Shown: piece after piece, positions 54,269-64,000 of the stretch
How the letters are laid out: each line of letters begins with the position of its first letter
Numbering within the stretch: position 1 is the first letter of the stretch
Assembly (NCBI RefSeq): GCF_009914755.1
Contig: NC_060931.1
DNA: 64,000 nucleotides
From: the human T2T-CHM13v2.0 reference genome, Homo sapiens
Reading direction: 5' to 3' (one strand)
The notes under the pieces: generated by a model
What the model was told of the DNA's origin: nothing
Seen by the model: only the letters and a program-made list of their open reading frames with translations
Databases searched by the model: none
Program-made: the position numbers and the translations under genes

Positions 54269-55185
54269 AGTACCTGGTTCTTAATTAACTATATGAAAGG
54301 CAAAATCTGTTTTGCTGCTGAGCAATTATAGTACTATGCATTATGTGTGTGTGTGTTTGAGTGTGTGTATAACATGTAGTTTATATCCATATATAAACTA
54401 CATATAGTTTATATTTAATTGAGTGTAGACAATTTATAGGTTATAATATCTTTAGTTATAACATTCACATGGGTGTAATTTTTTATACTATTCTAATTTA
54501 TCATTCCTTTCTGTTTTACCTTCAACTCTGGTTGAAGTAATGTAGTTACTATCTGTTTTCCGAGTTAGACTTCCACTTTTCCTCTCTGGCTACCTGACAC
54601 CCCAAGCTAGTGTAGGTGGCTATATCATTGCCTGGAATTGAAGTTTTTAAGCCTCTGATAATTCAGTCTGTAGAAGCTACCCAGCTCAAGAACAAAGGGG
54701 AAATTACATATTTCATAACATGCTTCAACATGAATGCATTTAATTAGTATTTATAAATTTGAATCAAAATGCAGGAAATATTCTAAAAATATAATTTCTC
54801 TAGAAGAGTTATATAATCTCTATTAATGTAGGCCAACTGCTTCTGTTTCAAACACAGAAGAATGTTCTTCAATTTTTCATTTGTGAAACTGAATAGTCTC
54901 TTCTGAAAGAGTATATAGTATTTTTCCTTTTGGGAATACAAAAGCTTTTACAAAATGATTATACTAATCATCAGATATAAGAGTAGTACCAATTCTCTAC
55001 CTAGAATAGCTGTTAACCATGGCACTTGGTGAATTGGGAATAGACTTAAATGATGCTTCTCCTTGGGCCCCCACCTCCCCAACTCCTACCTTTCTCGAAA
55101 CCAGGCTATTTCTCTCCAAATCTCCTTTCCTTTTGATTCTTCAGTTCGTGCTACATGATAACTACTTGCCATTGGTCATTAATTA

Positions 55186-55846
55186 TGGTCGACGCTCATT
55201 ATTCACAGGAGTATGACCCATAAAATCACTGCAAACACTGAATAAGTTAATACTGAACCATTGCCCCTAGAGGGAATTCAGGGTTAAGTTCCTGCAAGCC
55301 TCTGGTCACAGTATATTCATCAACCTATCAATACATAACGTTATTTTATGCATGTTTCTGCTTTAAGACATCTTACTTAACATATGTTTTTGATTCATTA
55401 ACACTGAACTCATGGCCAACAGCTCTATAACTAATGTCTGAAAAAAGCTTATCTAATAGGCATGTTTTCCCCATAAGGCACATCACAGCCTTCTTGTGCT
55501 TAGGAACACTGGACAACACTCAACACTGCGCTTGGGGGCCATTTGAAACAGTAATATCACCAATAAAAAAAAAGCACAAAAATGTCAGGGGGAAATGTGG
55601 CAGTAAATAGGCTGTGAAAAAGACATTTGTTTGCAGTATGAGCTAAAAGAAGGCAGGGCATCACCTTGTTCTACTTCAGTAGGGATCATGAGTGTTATGC
55701 CACTCAATTTTTTTGCCAGCCTGTGTGTACACGTGTCCTCAAATGACCATGAAAGCACTGCAAGTATAGATTTGGGGATTACAAATAAATTTCAACAAGT
55801 AGATGAGTTTGCAAACATGGAATCCGCAAATAATTACTGTTGACTA
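55186..55846 (+). mobile_element. MER82 (TcMar-Tigger)
   Basis: aatactgaaccattgcccctag...ttcctgcaagcctctggtcaca; degraded TIRs. Confidence 0.82.
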
Positions 55847-55922
55847 CACCATCCTTTTGAACAAAAATAAAAGCCACAATTCAACTTGAGATTGGTTATA
55901 GATGGCAACTGGCATTTAGTGA

Positions 55923-56247
<325 letters not shown>

Positions 56248-56916
56248 ACTGGGTGCCTTACTTTTAGTAACACATTGACCTGGGATGTGATCAACTCAAG
56301 AACCACATCACTGTCATGTAGCTGCATGGAGCTGTATCACTCAACTTCTGGGGGCTTATGTTTCATAACAATTATCTTTTATAAATGTTCAATTTAAAAA
56401 TGAAAAACTTCCCCACCCCAATCACCACCTCCTTTCCCCGTCTCCCTTCCCTTTAATGAACCATCTAAGGGAAGGACATGTGTGCTTCTTTGACATTTCT
56501 TCACAGAATCCAGTCCAATGGCAGGGAGGCTGGGTGAGGGTCAGTGTCAGCCTAGCCAGTAGGGAATCCATGGAGCTGGGGCATGTCAGGGGAGTGTCTC
56601 TTACTGAGAACTCTGGGTCCTCTTGGATCAAAGAATGTGCAAATTGAGCTAAGAGATAGAGGGGAATTCGAGAAGATCACCTAAAATGGGCAAACAGGAG
56701 GAAGCTAGATCCAGGTAGCCTGGGAGTCAAGAACAGTGAGCCCTGTGTGAGCTAAAAAACCAGAAGCAAACCTTGGCCAATGGCTGGAGCTGGTGTTTTT
56801 GCTCAAGCCTGGCTTTCATGGGCTCCCCTTGATGTGAGTCTCAGAGTAGGGCTGGTTAAGTGGCCAGGACCTGAGAAATAAAATCTCCCTTATATACTCT
56901 TGAGAGAACAAGTCTA

Positions 56917-57255
<339 letters not shown>

Positions 57256-57558
57256 AAGTGGCTAAGTCAGTAGTGAAACTACGAAGCTAACTTATTACAT
57301 TTTTCACCTTTTGAACTTTCAAACTTGAGTCATTTATGGACATCTTTGAAGGGAACAGTTATTATAAACTCTCACTGTTGACCTAATTAACATTATAATG
57401 TCAATTATATATGTATAGAAAGAATTCTAGATATACACTCCTGCTAATATATTTCTAAGATTTTTTAATGTTTTATGATATACAAATTTGGATATAAGAA
57501 AAATTATAAAACCAACAAAATTAAAACTAGTAAAGTGAATGTAACGAGATAGGCTGTA

Positions 57559-59075
57559 TAGTTCACACCACACAATGTCGTTTAGTCGACAGTGGACCGC
57601 ACAGATAACAGCAGTTCCATAAGATTATAGAGGAGCTGAACATTTCCTATGCCTAGTAACATCACAGCTGTTGTTAAGGTCCTATCACAACACATTACTC
57701 CTATGTTTGTGATGACACTGGTGTAAACAAACCTACTGCACTGCCAGGCATATAGAAGTGTAGCTTATACAATTATGTACAGTAATACTTGATAATGATA
57801 ATATTTGACTATGTTACTGGTTTATGTATTTGCTATATTATATTATACATTTTATCATTCAAGTGTATTCCTTCTACTTATTTTAAAAAATTTGCTGTGA
57901 AACAGGCAGGGTACAGTGGCTCATGCCTGTAATCCCAGCACTTTGGGAGGCCGAGGCAGGTGGATCACCTGAGGTCAGGAGGTTGAGACCAGCCTGGTTA
58001 ACATGCAGAAGCCTCATCTCCATGAAAAATACAAAAATTAGCCAGGCATAGTGGTTCACCCTATGATCCCAGCTACTCGGAAGGCTGAGGCAGAAGAATC
58101 ACTTGAGCCCGGGAGGCAGTTTGCAGTAAGCCAAGATCGCGCCACTGCACTCCAGCCTGGGTGACAGAACAAGACTCTATCTCAAACAAACCGAAACATT
58201 AAGTGTGAAACAACCTCAGCAGGTCCTTCAGGAGGGATTCCAGAAGAAGGCATTGTTACCATAGGAGCTGGCAGCTCTGTGTGTGTCACTGCCCCTGAAG
58301 ACCTCGCAGTAGGACAAGGTGTGGAGGTGGAAGACAGTGATATTGATATTCCTGACCCTGTTAGGCCTAGGCTAATGTGTGTGTTTGTGTCTTAGTTTTT
58401 ACAACAAATATTTAAAGTACAAAAATGAAAAAATTCAAAGTAGAAGAAAAGGCTGATAGAATAGGATATAAAGAAAAAATATTTTTGTATGGCTGTACAA
58501 TGTGCTTGTGTTTTAAGCTGTGTTATCACAAAAGAGTAAAAAAGTTAAAAGAAATTAAAAGTTTAGAAAGTAAAAAAAGTTACAGTAAACTAATGTGTAT
58601 TAAAGAAAAGTATTTTTTTACAAATTTAGTGAAGCCTAAGTATACAGTATTTTTTAAGTCAACATTAGTGTACAGTAATGTCCTAGGCCTTCACGTTCAC
58701 TCTCCACTCACTCACTGACTCACCCACAGCAACTTCCAGTCCTGCAAGCTCCATTCATGATAAGTGCCCTATACAGGTGTGCCATTCTTTTTATCTTTTA
58801 CTCTGTATTTTTACTGTACTTTTTCTATGTTTAGATATATTTAGATACACAAATACCATTGTGTTACAACTGTCTACAGTATTTAGTACAATAACATGCT
58901 GTACAGATTTGTAGCCTGGGAGCAACGGGCCATAGCATATAGCCTAGGTATGTAGTAGGCTATACAGTGGCAGTTTGTGAAGTGCATTCTGTGATGTTTG
59001 CATGACAACAAAATTGCCTAGAGACACACTCCTCAGAATACATCTCCATCGTTCAGGCTCAGCAATGCATGACTA
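57559..59075 (+). mobile_element. Tigger3b interrupted by Alu
   Basis: ggaccgca...ccataagattata..ggagctga...; ends gcatgacta; TA flanks. Confidence 0.9.
57905..58195 (+). mobile_element. AluS nested in Tigger3b
   Basis: Dimer; TSD tgtgaaaca. Confidence 0.95.
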
Positions 59076-59881
59076 TATTAGTAAACTAAATTTCCACTTT
59101 CAATGAGAATTTTTTCAGTGTAGCTTGTTTTGAGTTCATTTTGCCTATACACTATAAGTTTGTGATAATTCAATTTTGCTACTACTTTTTTCTAATCAAA
59201 CTACTATCAAATCTCCACCCACAGAGCATACTTTTATGTAATTTGCTTTCACTTGGGCCAAATATCATTTTTGTATTAAGTTGGCCTATGTTCTTTTCTC
59301 AATAGGTAACCAAAATTAAAGCAGTAGCATTTGGCAGCAATTACAAACAGAAATGAGAGCATTTATGTCCTGGCGGGAGTTGGTTGTTAAGTGGCCATCC
59401 GGAAGTTATGCAATATGTTTTCTTTCTCTTTTCTTTTCTGTTTTTTTTTTTAAGATTGCTATTGAAATGAAAACAGAAACTGCACCAACTGATGTTAAAG
59501 ATAAATACAAAGCCATCGTAATTAAAAGAGTATGTCACAAATGCAAGAATAGGCAGAAGGATCACTGGAACTGATTAGAATGTCAGAATACTGTTTACAT
59601 AAGAAGTAGTGCATACTGAAACTGGCAATTTAAATGAACGGGGATCCTGCAGTGTAAAACTCTGAAATAAACAAACAAATAAATAAACAGGGATGAAGAC
59701 AAATTTTGCTAAGAAAATTATGTGACTATACTTTAAAAAATAGTTTCTATTTTACGTTAGATGCTAAAATGAATTCCAAAGAATTACAGACTTCAATGTG
59801 CAAAGAGGAAGAATGCATAGAAAAGTGATACTAAAAGCAATTCAGTATTTTTCTGTTCTCTAAATTTTAAAAAGCCCTTGT

Positions 59882-60261
<380 letters not shown>

Positions 60262-60790
60262 TCAACAAATTAAAAACTGAGAAACTGGAAAAATATTTGC
60301 AATACATTGATATAAAAATCATAATATGTTTTTAAAAACTTTTAAAAACTAGCAACAAAAAGTAAAAGATGAACAACCAGGTGATGGAAAAAAAAAAAAA
60401 AAGATCCAGAATTGTTCAGTAAAGGTGTAAAAAGTGTTTCCGATCAAAGAAATACAAACAGAAACAAGAATATAATATTTTATTTTGGTTTTGGTTTTGT
60501 TTAATAAGCAGAAAATGGTGAGGCATTTTTGACAAGCAATTTTGCAAGACAGATCAATAATCTTTAAAACGTATGTAGTTCTTGAGCAAGGATTTTCACC
60601 TCTAAAATTATATTTCAAAGAAATAATTGTAGACCACATGCAAGATTTTTTTTACAGATTATTTGTCATAAAGTTATATATAATTGTGAAAAATGCAAAT
60701 CAATGATATCTGTCACCCAGAAAGGAAGGAAATGGTTAAATACATTTAAGTTTAGCCGTATAACAGTATTCCTTAAAAATAAGTCTCCTA

Positions 60791-61191
<401 letters not shown>

Positions 61192-61987
61192 TTACAATTC
61201 CACATGTATTTACATGTACCTGGGAAAATTATAATGAAAATGTTAACACATTTTTTTCTTGTCAGTAAGTGCAGGGGAACCTTACATTTTCTTTATGGTT
61301 TTCTGATTATTCCAAATATTGTAAAATACACATTATTCATATACTTTTAAAATGTGGATCTTAACTGTTTTCCTTTAATCTGCTATCTTACCTTTTTAAA
61401 TCTAGGAAATGTATGTATCTCAAAATGGTAAAACTGAATATTTAATATTCTAGAAATTAATGTTTTATAAATCTTAATTTTCTTCTCAGTAATATTGTAT
61501 AATTTTAAATATTGGCAGATTGTCAGCTATGGCTGTGCCTATTTAAAGCCAAAACTCCTGCCAATTTTGTGAAAACTTACGCTCATTATCTAGATTTTTG
61601 TTTGTAGTACGATAAATATTTTCACCGTACTTTACCTGCTTTGGCAAAAGATAGATGGCAGAAGAAGGAGCTGATTAAATAACCAATAAATACAAGAGAA
61701 AATCTGGGACATTTTTTGCTTTTATTATTACTTTTTATACCATTATGCTGGTAAATTATTTATAATATTATGATTATGCTAGGATTATAGAACGAAAGGT
61801 AATAAGTTTTATGGATTGTCAGTAATAATAATTACTGTAAATTGTCTTTTAAAATAATGAAGGCTAAAATACTTAGGTATTGAGAGTGTTTTCTTCTTGC
61901 TACTCTGTGATGTATCGTTGCAGCAGGCTGAGATAATGGAAAAGGCTGAGAGCTACAAGCCAAAAAGACTGGGTGTTGAGTCTCTAA

Positions 61988-62296
<309 letters not shown>

Positions 62297-62863
62297 TAAT
62301 TCCACTTCTTATTAGCTCTGGGATTGTGGACAATTTCTCTAGGCAGAGCTTCCTCGTCTGTAAAATATGAATGAGTCTAATATGTATGCATCTAGTAATC
62401 TGATTTAATCACAAAATGGGACTAGACTATACAGTCCTTAAAGAATCTATCACTATGACTTCTCTCAGTGGCCTTTTTTTTTTTTTTTTTTTTTTTACAG
62501 AGCTGGATAATAAAGAGCTTAGAATTTTATTCCTGAAAGGCAACTAGAGTGCTAGGCATTCTGGGTTTCTGATAGAAGACATGCACATAAGCTTTAGCAA
62601 ACACTCAGAACTCTATGCTCCCTAACTACAACTTCGCCAGAGTGCAGAGGCCAACTTTTTTCCTTTAAAAAACTAACTCCAGGATGTGTTCACATGGTCA
62701 ATAAGATCTATAGTTCTTTGCTGATCATCCCCTGGGAAACTTTTAAAATGAAGTCTGACACATTACAAACCATGCACAGAAACAAACAATATCAGTAAAA
62801 CTCTCAAGTAATGCGTGGTTTTGAGCCATGTAGAGTCCAGGTAAGCCTTCCAAGCTTGGTTAG

Positions 62864-63224
<361 letters not shown>

Positions 63225-63439
63225 TGATGGCCTTTTAAAACAACCAGACTTTGTAGGCTATCTGCAAAAGATAATAGTTTGAAATTTTAATATTTATTTA
63301 AATAGTCCTCCTGATGGTAACTGATCACTAACTTTTGAAGTGCGTTGGGTTGGACTCAGTAAAAATCTCAGCAATAGCTTATAGGAAATTATTCTTCTGT
63401 TTTCTAAGGCAGGAGGCTATGCACCCGTGTCATCTAAAA

Positions 63440-63660
63440 GAGTGGCCCATGGTGCTATGGAGCAAGCCAAATCTTCATTGCAGTCCAGTTCTGTCATTTA
63501 CCAAATCTGTGACCTCCAGAGAGCTGTTTTATTAATCTACCCCTCAGCTTCTTCATCTGTAAAATGGGACAATGATAGCCCTTCTCTTCCAGATTAGGCA
63601 CCTAATGCAGAACCTAGTGAGATCTAAATATATATTAGCTACATCTATTATTATGTTTAT
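63440..63660 (+). mobile_element. MIR
   Basis: ctgtgacctcc...cctcagcttcttcatctgtaaaatggg. Confidence 0.75.
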
Positions 63661-64000
63661 AAAGACAAAGGATAAATGGTAGTCCTGTTTTGTCCCACTC
63701 AAAGCTGTTCTCTGAGCCACAAAAAGACTGTTTCAGCTGCATGCCAAGTTAACACATTGCAGTTAAGAAGGAAAAGCATTGCAGTAGAGACTAGTCCGTG
63801 AACATCTTTGTCCTCACCATTCCTATCGCCTTCTTTTAAATGAAGGAGGCAGTGGGTTTCTTATATTTTGGTCCCCATGATTTTGCAATTTATAGCCTTG
63901 ATAACCTGGCCACAGCTAATTAAGCCAAGGTTCGGGGCTCATTCCTTAGGCCGTGATGTGCAACTTGGCCTGTACCCTCTAACATGGCTTCTCATGAGAA

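Overview
Primate (probably human) non-coding genomic DNA, AT-rich and dominated by interspersed repeats: about 20 Alu/FLAM/FRAM copies, many solo LTRs (THE1B, MLT1A/C/D, MLT2B, LTR8, LTR9, MER21, MER54, MER67-like), one two-LTR MaLR (MST-type) provirus, Tigger-class DNA transposons (MER44A, MER47, MER82, Tigger3b), and old L1M/L2/MIR fragments. I could not support any protein-coding exon, RNA gene or gene identity; the supplied ORFs are repeat-derived or chance ORFs. Family names come from my recall of consensus sequences and need RepeatMasker/Dfam confirmation. I found no convincing new biological system. The best observations are mechanistic or regulatory: a local 221-bp Alu-plus-flank duplication, a 20-bp G-U-rich hairpin in unique sequence, a twin-primed inverted L1MB, a complete MaLR with a partly open ORF and a new palindrome in its 3' LTR, multi-layer nested insertions, and two CpG-retaining segments that may be regulatory.
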